This document shows positions 34,286-54,800 of a stretch of DNA of 64,000 nt, piece after piece; position 1 is the stretch's first letter, and the number at the start of each line of letters is the position of its first letter. The DNA is from Amoebidium appalachense. Its lineage: Eukaryota; Protista; Ichthyosporea. The stretch spans positions 7,925,937 to 7,989,936 of the forward strand of contig CAVNZM010000011.1 of NCBI GenBank assembly GCA_963693365.1, in the 5' to 3' direction. The notes below the pieces were generated by a model that saw only the letters and a program-made list of their open reading frames with translations, ran no database searches and was not told where the DNA came from. A program made the position numbers and the translations under genes.

Positions 34286-36107
34286 TCATTGGTGCAGCAG
34301 CTGTGGCTCGCTGCCTGGGCGGTAGTTTGCCCTCTGCAGCAGGGTGCTGAGGGTGGTGCACACCTGCAGGTCAGGGAATAGCTGCACTAGCAGGCCCTGG
34401 GGAAGGATTGGTCAGGGCTGGTTGGCTGCACACCATATTAGGCCGCATACAGAGGGGAGGGTGCCTGCATGCAGCCACACATGGGCCTCCAAGCGCCGCC
34501 AACACGCACATGCCTCCCCGCGCAACCATACACCCAATGCACACCCACATCCATTCTCCACCCCTCCCTCCCCTCTCCCCCCCCACCACCACCCGCACCC
34601 AGCCACATGGCGCACCTCCAGCAGGACCAGTGCCAGGCGCCTATTGAGGGTGCGGTGCTGCAGCATGTCAAAGCAACGCAGTAGGCCCTGCCGGCAGTTG
34701 TGCCCCCCCACATACTTCTTGGCTTGCTCTGCACCCCCACCTTCCATCAAACCCTGCCCAGACCCTCTCCCCCCCACACCCCCAGCCACGCACCTGGGAT
34801 GCTGGCCACCAGGCGTGCCCGTGCCTCTCTGTATGATGTCTCCTTCTGCTTCTTGTCTCTTGGGGGGTAGGCCCCAGCAAGCACCCCATTGGGCCAGAAG
34901 CTCTCACGGAACCCACTGGGAGGGAGGGGAGTAGTTAAGCAAATGGTGAATCAGACACCAGCACACACATAAGGGGGTGCTAGGTGCCTGGTCATGCTCA
35001 TGTGCCCTGCTATCCCTGTCTATCACATGCAGTTGGGATAGTGCTGCAAATGGTATATCCCACTCACTGCATACATTGTGCACTGGCACCCACACATCTG
35101 AGATAGTACTTGGACTGGATATGCCACACACCTGAGATAGCACTTAGGCTAGATATGCTATGCACATGAGATAGTACACGGACTGGATACACCACACACC
35201 TGAGATAGTACACGGACTGGATACACCACACACCTGAGATAGTACATGGACTGGATACACCACACGCCTGAGATAGTACATGGACTGGATACACCACCCA
35301 CCTGAGATAGTACTGCAGCTGTGCCTCCCCCAGCAGCCAAGCCATCGTGCCGACTATCCGTGTGCTGATCAATGCACCCATGTAATTCTCCACAAGGAAC
35401 CGCACCATCAGAAGGAACCTTGCACGCAGCCTGCAGCCACCATGAGTTAGGGCCCCAACCACCAACACCCATAGAACATTACCCGCCACCCAATGCTAAC
35501 ACCTATAGACGCTTTACAATCGCCCACATAATCCTAACACCCCTCGTACCCCACTCCTGGTTGTGTGAACTACCTACACCAAAAGAGGGCCTCCCCCTCC
35601 CCAACCCTCACCGGAGGAGGGTATGTCACAACATCCCCCCCCCCCATCCCCCTATATGTGTAGTTGTAGCGCAAACCCCCCCCCCCCCCCCCTCCCCTCC
35701 TTACACACAATACCAACGAACACGCGGGTGCTAGATATCGTAACCCCCCTCCCCCCACACACACCTCCCCTACGTGTTGGCGCATGCACCAATACCCGCC
35801 CCTCCCCTCCCCCCCCCCCCCCCCCCCCACACACACGTGTGTGGCAGCATGCAGCACCTACGCGTTGTTGTTGTGTGCGCTGAAGTCAAAGATCTCATCC
35901 ACGGCAGCAAGCACTAGGCGGAAGGCAATGTTGCCCTCGTCCTCCCCGTCACCATCATCCCCTGGCCCAACAGTCAAAACAAGCACACCTACAACACAAC
36001 ACACGTATCACATACACATTCTGGCCACACACATGCACACACACGTCCCCCCCCCCCCCCCCCCAAACACACACAAACAGAACAGAGGAAACCTAGAAAT
36101 AGTCACA

Positions 36108-36189
<82 letters not shown>

Positions 36190-36852
36190 GCACACACACA
36201 CATACACGCACACACAAACACACCCCAGAGGTAAAAACTCTGGCTCCGGGGCTGTGTATCCTCTGTGCTGTTGAATCGCCGCAGAGAAAAGAAGCTGCGT
36301 AGGCCATCCATCTGTGTGGGGCCATGTGTCTGCATGTGTGCCCCCACCATCCTGCCTGCGTGCCCCCCCCACCATGCCCCACACTGTGCCTGTGTGTCCC
36401 TGTGCTTGTGTCTACCGCGGCAGTGTGCCTGTTCCTGTGTGCACTTGCGGCTTGGCTGCACGTGACTGCGTGTGTGCTTTCGATTGCGTATGTCCTGACA
36501 TGTGCCTTGGTGGTATGGGCCAGGGAGAAAAGTCCATGTGCTTATGAGGATGCGATACGAGTATTGAGTGAGTGAGTGAGTGAGTGAGTGAGTGAGTGAG
36601 TGAATGAGTGAGTGAGTGAGTGAGTGAGTGAGTGAGTGAGTGAGTGAGTGAGTGAGTGAGTGAGTGAGTGAGCGAGCGAGCGAGCGAGCGAGCGAGCGAG
36701 CGAGCGAGCGAGCGAGCGAGCGAGAGTGAGTGAGTGAGTGAGTGAGTGAGTGAGTGAGTGAGTGAGTGAGTGAGTGAGTGAGTGAGTGAGTGAGTGAGTG
36801 AGTGAGTGAGTGAGTGAGTGAGTGAGTGAGTTGAGTGAGTGAGTGAGTGTGG

Positions 36853-36929
<77 letters not shown>

Positions 36930-39900
36930 TGTGTGCAGATACCCACCTTCCTGGCCACACTGCTGTACTCAGGCACATAGTCCCCCGGGGTTAGGAATGT
37001 AGCCAGGATGCGGTCCCAGGGTTCGTTCTTGGTCACATACTGCCGGGACAGCAGCTCCTAAGGTGGTGTGTGTCAGTGGCTGCTGGGCACTTACTCATGC
37101 AGTGAGCGTGGGTGGTGGAGGGAGGTTGGGGGCCGAGGGGGGGTGGCGGTTCATGGAGGGTGGGGGCAATACGGGTTGGGATTTAGGGGGACATGCACCT
37201 GCAGGTATGCGTTGAGGTCTCTGGCCCTCTCCTGCAGAAAGCGGGGATTGAGGTTGCCGAAGGTGCGCTTGGGCGGCAGGTCGGGCAGGGATAGACGCTC
37301 ACTGCAGCGCTGTAGCTGGGGGGGGATGAAAGGGTTAGTGGGTGGGCGCTGCTGTTTGTTATGTGCATGGGTCGGGGGGAGGACCTTGCAAGTGCATGGT
37401 GCATGCAGGTGTAGGTGTGGCACGTGGTTGTGTGCATACTTTGTTTGGGAGTGTGTGCTGATGGTGTGTGTGTTTGGTGTGTGATATGCTGTGTGCTGTA
37501 TGCTGTGTGCTGTATGCTGTGTGCTGTATGCTGTGTGATATGCTGTGTGCTGTATGCTGTGTGCTGTGTGCTGTGTGCTGTGTGCTGTATGCTGTGTGCT
37601 GTGTGCTGCGTGCTGTGTGATGTGTGCTGTGTGCTGTGTGCTGTATGCTGTGTGCTGTATGCTGTGTGCTGTATGCTGTGTGCTGTATGCTGTGTGCTGT
37701 ATGCTGTATGCATGCCCCGTGGCTGCATGGACCCACCTGCATGTGCAGGTCATGGAAGTCGCTGTACCGCCTCACTATGGTCCACACAATGTCCCCGTAC
37801 ACGTCTGTCCTCACCACCTCCAACAGATACCCCACTAGCACATCCCCCCCCCTCCCCACCCCCCTCTCCACATCTTGCAGCCTCACCCTCCACAGCACCT
37901 CCCCACTCTTGTCCACCCCCACCCTGCTGGCCCGAGGGGGCGCTGGCTCACTGACTGGGGGGGCCTTGAGTTCAGGGGCAGGCAGGTGGGGGTGGTGGAA
38001 GGCAAGAAGGACCTGACGCTCACGCTGGAAGTCTGGGTCATCAAGACAGCTGGGGGGGGGGGGGGGGGGGGGATGGTGAAGGGGGTGGGGGGAGGGGGGG
38101 AAGACGGGGGGGGGGGGGGGGGGGGGGGAGAGGGACATAATGACGACGGGCCAAGAATGGGAAGGAGGGGGGGGGGGGGGGGGTGAGAACATGAAAAGGG
38201 GGACACAGTGCACAGGCACCAAAGGGGAAGCATGGGGCACCTTTCAAAGGTCGAGGACTGGCGGAAGAGCGGAAAGAAGTTGCGGTCCAAAAAGTCATAC
38301 AGCTCCCTCTGCACACACAAACCAACCAATCAGAAACTCATACACCCACAAACCAACCAATCAGAAATCTATACACCCACCAACCAACCAATCAGAAACG
38401 CATACAGCTCCCTCTGCCACAAGCCAACCAATCAGATATGCATGAGTTCCTTATTGGTTGCTTGGTGGATGTGTACCCACTAACCCAGCAATAGAACCAA
38501 CCAATCGCTAGCCCCCTCTTCAAACCAGCACACCAACCAACCAATCAGACATCACCTGCAGGGGCACAAATATGTCGCATGATGGCTGCTCACTGGCCTG
38601 TCTGCGTGCTGTCTCCACTGCCTCTCTGCTGAGCACGTGGGCCTCTAGGGGGTGGCTGCCCGACAGATAGACGTCACAGATCTTGTGGCCCTCAGACCCA
38701 ATGTCCTCTGCACTCAGCTGAAAATTGGGTCGGTGTAAATCGTGAGGCACAGAGAATGTGGGGGTGCACGTGCACATACCTGCACAGGCGCACACGCAGA
38801 CAAGTGCACAGGCACACACGCAGACAGGTGCACAGGCACACACAGGCAGACATGCAGATAGGTGCACAGGCAGACATGCAGACAGGTGCACAGGCAGACA
38901 TGCAGACAGGTGCACAGGCAGACATGCAGACAGGTGCACAGGCACACACGCAGACAGGTGCACAGGCACACACGCAGACAGGCGCACAGGCACACACGCA
39001 GACAGGTGCACAGGCACACACGCTGACAGGTGCACAGGCACAGAGGTCAAGCAAGGACACATGGCGCCTACCTGAGGGTTGTCTGCCTGCAGGGTTCGAA
39101 ATGTCTCGAGCATCTGCCACATGAGCATTGCCTGTGTGGCCAGGCCATCCCCCTCTACCCAGTCCACCAGTGCAAAGTATGTGACGTCACACAGCAGTAC
39201 CTCCAGCAGGGTCACCTCACTGGCACCCGGCCTCACCCCCTGAGTCCCCCCCTCCTCCCCCTCGTCCTCCCCGGTCTCCTCCCCCTCCCCCCCTCCCCCC
39301 TGCCCTCCTCCCCTGCCCCCTTCACCACCTCCTCCTCCGTATCCCCCACCAGTGATGCCTCCCATCCCCCCTCCCCCACCGTGTTCTTGCTGTGTCTCTT
39401 CAGATATTGCATGCGCCGCTGCACCCACACCCGTCAGTTACCCCCCCCCCTTCCCCCCTCCCCCCCTTTCCCCCTGTCTACCCACCCTGCACTTTGCGTC
39501 TGCCTGTCTGAGCCTATTGAGCCTCTGTGTCAGCACGGTCAGGGACCTCTCTTTGCCCTCCTCTCTCCTTTCAGCCTGTCCCTCCCACAGCGGCACACCC
39601 AGTCCCCCCAGACCCATGCTAGACGCCGCACTCACGGGGGCCTCCACACTGGCACTGATTGGTTGGCTGCTGCCCTGCTGCAAACCCAGTCAGCCCATCA
39701 GAACAAACATAGAGCAATCTCGCAGCCGATCAGAACACCCAGCCAGTCAGCCAATCAGCACACCCAACTACAGCCAATCAACACACCCAATCACAGCCAA
39801 CCAGCACACCCAATCACAGCCAATCAACACACCCAACTACAGCCAATCAACACACCCAATCACAGCCAACCAGCACACCCAATCACAGCCAATCAGCACA

Positions 39901-40667
39901 CCCAACTACAGCCAATCAACACATTCAACTACAGCCAATCAACACACCCAATCACAGCCAACCAGCACACCCAACTACAGCCAATCAACACACCCAATCA
40001 CAGCCAATCAAAACACCCAATCACAGCCAATCAACACACCCAATCACAGCCCACCAGCACACCCAATCACAGCCAACCAGCACACCCAAAGCCAGCCAAT
40101 CAGGCGGCACCTACTGCTTGCTGGCTGGGCCTCCACCTGGTCCTCTCCAGGGTTGCAATTTCCTTTGCCAGCTGCTGCATGGCCTTGGCCACCTTGCTGC
40201 AGCCAAGAGAGGTGAGCACCTTACCATGAAACCCCCCCCCCCCCCCCCCCCCAAAACCCCCTCCTTCCCCCAATGACCCCTCCCCACCTGTGCATGAACC
40301 TGACATCTGCCATGTCTGTGCACGTGTCTATGGCCCGTAGAAACCGCGGAAACGACTGGATCTCTGGGTTGAGCTGCGGCAGGAGTGTCAGAAAGGTGTG
40401 CACCAACCAGCATGCAGCACCATGCCATATATGGTTATTGGGTATGCCCACCAACCAATCAGCGTGCACCATGCCATATATGGTTATTGGGTATGCCCAC
40501 CAACCAACCAGCGTGCAGCATGCCATATATGGTTATTGGGTATGCCCACCAGCCACTCGAGGGTTGTGTTGATGAAGTCGGGGTCAGACAGCCGGTCAAG
40601 GGTGGGTTTGAGCACACTGAGTGCAAGGATCTCACGCAGCATGTAGCGCAGCGCAGTGTTCCTGTGT

Positions 40668-40725
<58 letters not shown>

Positions 40726-40750
40726 GCGCGCGCGCGCGCGCACGCGCGTG

Positions 40751-40783
<33 letters not shown>

Positions 40784-42851
40784 GCGTGTGTGCGCGTGTG
40801 CGCGTGTGTGCAGATGTGTGATTGTGGGAGCGCCGGCACGTGGTGGGTCTAGAGTGAATAAATAGAAGCACCCCGAGCATGGTGCATGCAAGTGCATAGG
40901 CCCGCCACATTCAGGCCACCGTGCATGACTGTGCCTGTGGCTGCAATACCCAGAGAACCCTTCTTTAACCCACAGGGGGTGGTAAGCAACGAAGACATAA
41001 CAGCCAATCACATGAACCACTGCAGCATTGGCATGTCTGTCTGCAAGCAGTGGCCCAATATAGGCACAGGGCACTGGCAGGCACCATGGCTGCCTGAGAG
41101 GCACATGGTGACGTAGGACCACACAGCCACGTGTTTGCTCGCCGCACTGCTGCGGGTGCCTATTTGATAATGGTGCACGCACAGACACAGACTAAATGCA
41201 GCGTTAGCACTACCTGAGTGCGATTTTAGCCCTACCTGAATGCGGTGCTAGCACTACTAATGCGGTGTTAGCCCTACCAAAGCGGTTTTAGCCCTACCTG
41301 AATCGTTTTAGCCCTACCTGCATGGTTTTAGCCCTACCTGCATGGTTTTAGCCCTACCTGACTGGTTTTAGCCCTACCTGACTGGTTTTAGCCCTACCTG
41401 ACTGGTTTTAGCCCTACCTGAATGCGGTGTTGGGCAACACGGCAAACAGCAGCAGCTCACTGATGTGGCGCAGATGGTCGGCCTCTGCCTGGTGGCCATT
41501 GGGCCCACACAGGAACCGGTGGTGGCCCTCCAGGTGCAGGAAGTTGCTGACCTTATAGGATAGAATGGGGGGGTGAGCGCACGGGTCTAGCTGCAGGGGG
41601 GATGTGCAGGATACATGGGTAGGCCACCCACATCGACATACAGAGCAACCCCCCAGGCAACCACCCACACACATAAGTGCACCCCCCTCCCCCCCTTTCC
41701 TCCCCCCCCCCCTCCCCCTCCCCCCCCCCCCCCCCCCCCCCCACACAAACACACACACGCACACACGTCAGTAGCCTGCCTCCTCCCCTCCCTCTCCCCC
41801 CCCCCCTCTCCCCCCCCCCGGACCACTCATTTACACCCATGAGCCCCCCGCACCACCACCACCCATAAACGTGCCCCCCCACCCACCCACATAAGTACCC
41901 CCCATTCACGCACACAAGTGCCCCCCATTCATGCACATAAGTGCCCCCCCTACCAGCTCACTAGCCATCAGCTCCTTCCTCTGCTGCTCCGTCAGTCCTT
42001 TGGCCTCTCGCACTGTCGTCCGGGCCCGACCAAACGCCTGCAAAGTGGTGATATGAGAGGGAGGAGGTGCCTCATTCAGAGGGGAATGGGGCCGATGATT
42101 GGCTGTGCTGGCACTTGTGAGGTGGGCTGGCCCAAGGGCACACCAGCAGTGGGGCTGTTGCTTCACTCTCGTGTGGTCGTGTCTGCTCGTGCATGCATGT
42201 GTGTGCACACGAGTGCGCATGCACCTGTGCATTCAACATCCGTGCATGTGTGTGACCGTGCATGCCTATTTGTGTGCCTAAAACGTGAGTGCATTTGTGT
42301 GTGTTCCCACAATGTGTGCACATTTGTGTGTGTTCCCGTGCACTGGCATGTGCCTGTGTGTGTGCACGTGGGCCTGCACCCTACCTGCCTGTAGAAGCGC
42401 AGATGTGAGAGCAAGGCATCAGCCACAGGCCCAGTCAGCAGCACCCCCACGTCCAGCTGCCCCCCAGTCAGCACCCACCCACGTGCTGTGCCCCATCTAG
42501 CACCTTCCACCCACCTCCTTGCAGTATGCCGCCAGCTGCCGCATCAGCTGCTGCATCAACTCCTCGCTCTATGGCCCACAGTCAGCCACACACCACACAC
42601 GCTGCAAAATATCCCCCCCCCCCCCCCTCCCCCCACCCCCAACCCACCTCACCCCTCTCCCCAACCCTCCTCACCTCCCACCTTGCCCGCAACCACCACC
42701 ACGAATTCTTTCTCGCTTTTTCTTTTTCTTTCTTTCTTTTTGGAGGGGGGAAAGGAGGGGGGAAGGGGGGGGGGTGGGGGGGGGGTGGGAGAGGGGGGTG
42801 GGGAGAGGGGGGGGGTTGGGGGGTTGGGGAGGAGGGGAGGGGAAGGGGGAA

Positions 42852-42946
<95 letters not shown>

Positions 42947-43620
42947 ATGTGCATGTGCATGTGTGTGTGTGTGTGTGCATGTGCATGTGTGTGTGTGTGT
43001 GTAGGCCCACCTGGACCATGAAGTGCTGGTCTGCACTGATGGGCTGGTACCATGCGCCCTGCACGTAGTCTCGAAGGATCAGCCCAATAAGCTGCTGCAA
43101 AGGTCAGTAAGAACACCTCACACCCACACACCAACCCACACCACCCACACCCACACCCACACCTACACACTATCCAAAACCCCACCTACACACACCACCG
43201 CAGCTTTTAGCTATACGGTCTCACTCAACCCACCCACCTTCAGGCAGGCACGTGTGCATGTTCCACCCGCACATTCTCAGCCACTCCCCCCTTCCCTCCC
43301 CCTCCCTGATAACCAACCCTTGTCGTACAATGTGCGCACCCCAACACCCACAAAATCAAACCTTCTCATCCCCCCTTCCCCTTTCCCTCCCCCAAAGCCC
43401 TTTCACCTATATACCCTCCCACACACCCACACATTCACCATTAAGCCCAGCACTGATACTACCCCGGTGGCTACCACCCATTGACACACAAAGCAAAAAC
43501 ATTACTATTAATTGTCAGCTCCCCACACCATTGTGCCCTCAGGGCTCTGTAACCGTCAATCCCGTATTTACCCTCTCCATCCCTCCCTCCCTCCCCCCTC
43601 CCCCCTTCCCCCCCCCCACA

Positions 43621-43653
<33 letters not shown>

Positions 43654-43671
43654 TCCCCTCCCCGCTCTTTC

Positions 43672-43705
<34 letters not shown>

Positions 43706-43804
43706 TGCCCCCCAAAGACACCCACACACCCACAGGCACTAAAGCACATACCCCAACCCTCCAAGCCACAAATAGACCAAACCCTCCCCCCCCCCCAAAT
43801 AATG

Positions 43805-43842
<38 letters not shown>

Positions 43843-44230
43843 TCCCTCCCTCTTTCCGTCCTACCCCCCCCCCCCCCCCTCCCCCCTCCCCACCCAACCA
43901 TCCACACCCCCAGCCCCCCACCCACCGCGTGCAGCTCATCATCGATGGGCTTTGACCCCGTTATGCGCCTGTCCCTCCTCTCCCCCCCACTGCCACTGGG
44001 CCCAAACCCCAGGCCACACCTCAGCACCCTCTCACGCTCCCAGTGGCTGCCGGGCACAAACACCGATCGTAGGCCCCTGGGGGATGTGGGTGTAAGTGGT
44101 TGCTAGAAGGAGAGGTTGAGGGGGGTGCGAGGGGTGTGCAGTGGTGGAGGGGCAAGCAGATGTCAAGACTTACACTAGCAGACATGTGTGCAAGGGTGTG
44201 AAATGTAGATCTGTACGCGTGCACGTGTGC

Positions 44231-44279
<49 letters not shown>

Positions 44280-44318
44280 CGCGCGCGCGCGTGCGCGTGC
44301 GTGTTTGTGTGTGTGTGT

Positions 44319-44389
<71 letters not shown>

Positions 44390-44414
44390 GCTGTGTGTGT
44401 GTGTGTGTGTGTCT

Positions 44415-44452
<38 letters not shown>

Positions 44453-44459
44453 GTGTGCG

Positions 44460-44512
<53 letters not shown>

Positions 44513-44852
44513 GTGTGTGTGTGCGTGTACACGTGTGCGTATGTCGTGTATGTCGTAATCACCTTTGGATGTACCTGCACACTGTCATATGTACAAACTC
44601 AATCGCTATGCACCATGCCGTTGTGCCCACACCACCAAAACCGTATGATAATCTGAGCCACGACCAGACCATCGCTTATCTCGCACCCACACACCTGTAC
44701 ACACCCTGGCCCCACCCTGCGCCGTAGAAGAACAGAAAGGCACCCAGCACTGCGCCCAGCACCCTCTGAGGCAGCCACAGTGCGGCCACACACACAGCCA
44801 CTGCGCCAAGCAGCACGCCCACCACAGCGGACTCGGTGTCCCTGGTGGCCAT
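34286..44852 (-). CDS. SNX13: SNX13-like sorting nexin (TM-PXA-RGS-PX-PXC; SNX13/14/25/Mdm1 family), about 20 exons
   Basis: Exon 1 (44852-44716) has two hydrophobic segments. PXA: [29 protein letters not shown] and [30 protein letters not shown]-like exons at ~39220-38240. PX: [44 protein letters not shown]: [38 protein letters not shown]. Stop position tentative. Confidence 0.88.
35090..35312 (-). repeat. 34-bp tandem repeat x7 copying an exon end plus donor site
   Basis: TGAGATAG recurs every 34 bp from ~35099 to ~35303; sense strand GTACTATCTCAG|GTG. Confidence 0.9.
36565..36935. repeat. Compound microsatellite (GAGT)n(GAGC)n(GAGT)n(GT)n in an intron
   Basis: Directly visible. Confidence 0.95.
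39735..40102. repeat. Intronic ~21-bp tandem repeat CAGCCAATCAACACACCCAAT
   Basis: Directly visible periodicity. Confidence 0.9.
41205..41425 (-). repeat. ~20-bp tandem repeat (~10 copies) copying a donor site
   Basis: Sense strand TCAG|GTAGGGCTAAAACCAG, repeated from the real exon end (PNTAFR). Confidence 0.9.
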
Positions 44853-46153
44853 AGTGGGTGGGCTGCTGCACTCAGGGTAACTTCATACGGTTGTGATGGG
44901 CTGGCACGGCTATGCTGGGTGTGTGGTGGCTGGACAGGTGCCCATGGCTGGCAAGTGTGTGTGTGTGCGTGCCTGTGGCTTGTACGCCACTAAGTGGGCT
45001 CTGGCTGTGCCTGCCACAGAGCCCCCGTGCAGGCTGCTGGTTGGGTGGGTGGCCGTGTGTGTGGTTCGCCCTGTGCGATAGCTCGGCCCGAAATGTAGAA
45101 GGCTGCAGCTTTGGCGTATGCTACCGAGTGCCCGAGCCCCGCAGGGTGTTGCCTCTGAAGTAGGATAGCTATGAACAGTATATGCATGCACATACATATG
45201 AAGCCTAGAGTATATGTCTGATTAACTGTGCTGCCACGATATGGCATAGTTCAAGCTACACGTACAACCTTTTGTAGTAGTCACCTCTTGCAGGCTTTCA
45301 ACTGGCAGCGGGCGGGCGTAAGGTCCATCGGATTACGTAACGTTACGGCTCATGAGCCACAGCGGATTCACTGGCCGCTGAGTGTTGATCTCTCACACAT
45401 TCGAGCCTTCCCCGCCTTTGTGGTAGGGCCATGAAATAAAGAACCCTGTGCTTTGGTTCGCAGCCAGCCTGTTGCAGTTGCACGGGTCGGGTGAGGGGGA
45501 AGGGGGGGGAGAGTGGGGGGGGGGGGGGGGCGGGAGGAGGGAGGTTTAGGACCACACATAAACGCATACTTGTTTTCCTCTCCTTCTCTCTGTCTGAGGC
45601 GCGCACGCGTGCACACACACGCATGCACACACTCACATGCACACGCACGTGCACGCACGCACACGCGCACGCACATGCACACACGCACACACACATGTAC
45701 ACACATCTCGGAGACACTCTCTCTAGCTCTCTCTCTCCCCTCTGTCTATCTATCTCACGAACTCCCCCCCTCCCCCCTCCCTCTCTCTGTCTTTCTCTCC
45801 TCCCCCCCTCTCGTTTTCTCTCGTGTCTTCTTCTCACCAATATCTTTCATTTTCCTCTTACCTCCCCCCCCCCCCCCCTCTCTCTCTGTGTGTGTCACAA
45901 ACCTCTCTCTCTTCCTTTTCTCTTTTTCTCAATGTCCCCCGCGCCCACACAACAACCTCACCCAATGATGTTAGGGAAGGGGGCTAGGCTCAGTGCGGTT
46001 GGCTCAAAATCGTGTGGCCACATTGCTGCTGGGGTCTTAATCAGACCATTTATTGGTCGGGTACTTATTCTACTTACTGCTACACATTCATGCATTACGT
46101 GCCAAATCAGGCTAACCATTACATGCTGTGATTGGTCTACCATACAGAAACTA

Positions 46154-53276
<7,123 letters not shown>

Positions 53277-54049
53277 ATTGCTGCCTACACGCAGGCGCAC
53301 AGCACCACACGGGTGACGTTTGGAGCAGCTATTTGGCGCCCTAAAGTATGCACTAGACTGGCGGTATGCCTAGCACAAGTAAAGGCACGGCGTTTGGTTG
53401 CGGAGCACGCAGAGTGCACGCATGTGATGGAGGGGGAGAGAGACGCCGAATGCACCCAAGTCACGGCGTTTGTGTTTCATGCGTCTCAATGGAAGTGTGT
53501 GTGCACATTCGTTTTCGTGAACGAGTATGTGCTTCATATGATTCACTAAACGCGTGTGCTTTTCACGCGGAACTCTGATGATGGCATGCTTGCAACCCAG
53601 CCTGCCAAAAGTCTCAAAACTTTTTTCGAACGGCTCACGGACGGCTCACTGTATTTAGGCGCCAACCCAGCAACCAATCAGACAGCAGCAGCTCGATGAT
53701 TGGCTAGTGGGCGTAGGTCCACGTGAAGACCTATGCGATGATTGGCTAAACAGGCTCCACGTTGATCCCGAAATGTTTCCTGGAAAAGAAAACTAAAGTC
53801 GTAAATAACCGAAAAACTGGAACTTTCCCCCGTCCTGAATGAATATTAGACCCCTCATGTTTTAATATGCAAGTATATGCACGGTATATTTGGTGGTGCC
53901 GGCACATCCAATGAGTGGCAGCCACCCGCCAACATGGTCTAAAGGAGCCTCCACATAGGCAGCTACATGCACAGGCAGGTCCCCTTTAGATACAACAGGC
54001 ACAGAAAGACACACGTACACACACACGCACACATACACGCACAGTCAGA
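53277..54049. promoter_or_regulatory. Putative bidirectional promoter between ALG3 and HIS1
   Basis: 773 bp between divergent ATGs, free of microsatellites. CCAAT boxes in both orientations (~53674, 53699, 53741) and CACGTG at ~53720. Confidence 0.6.
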
Positions 54050-54186
54050 ATGGGTTTCCCTAAGCAGGCAGAGCTCGACGGGCGTCTCCTTTTTGCGTGC
54101 CCCAAGAAGGGCCGCATCTTCGACCAAAGTGTGCGGTTGCTCAAGAAGATAGGCATTACGGTGCGTGCCCGCCTGTCTGCTGGTGT

Positions 54187-54237
<51 letters not shown>

Positions 54238-54742
54238 GGGGGGAGGGGGGGGGGGGGGGGGGGGGGAGAAGGGGTGGAGGGGGGGGAGTTGGAGGGAGGG
54301 GAGGGGGCGAGAGGGGGGAGGGTGGGGGGGGGGGGGAGGGGGGGAGGGGGGAGAGGGGAGAAAGTTTGTTGACTGGCTGGGGCGCAGTATCACCGAGGCC
54401 ACCGCAGCGACATTGCTTTAGCCACCGACAAGAATATAGCCATAGTCTTCCTGCCGGCCTCGGATATCGCCCTATACGTAGCACAGGGCAGGTGCGTGCA
54501 CAGAAGGGGGGCAGGGGGAAACAGGCAGTGACGAGGGCTGACGGAGGAATGCTCCGTTGGTGGAGCACGTATTGTATGCTTTGGTATTGGTGTGCTTGGG
54601 CGGCTGTACCTGCGTGCGTGTGCTTGTGTGTCTTATTGTGCTTGGCGTGCTCCTGCTGGTATATCTATGTGTGTTTGTACGTACAGTTTGTGCAGAGTTC
54701 ACAGTGGCTATTGATGTGCTTGGGCATGTAGATGCTTATGTG

Positions 54743-54800
<58 letters not shown>

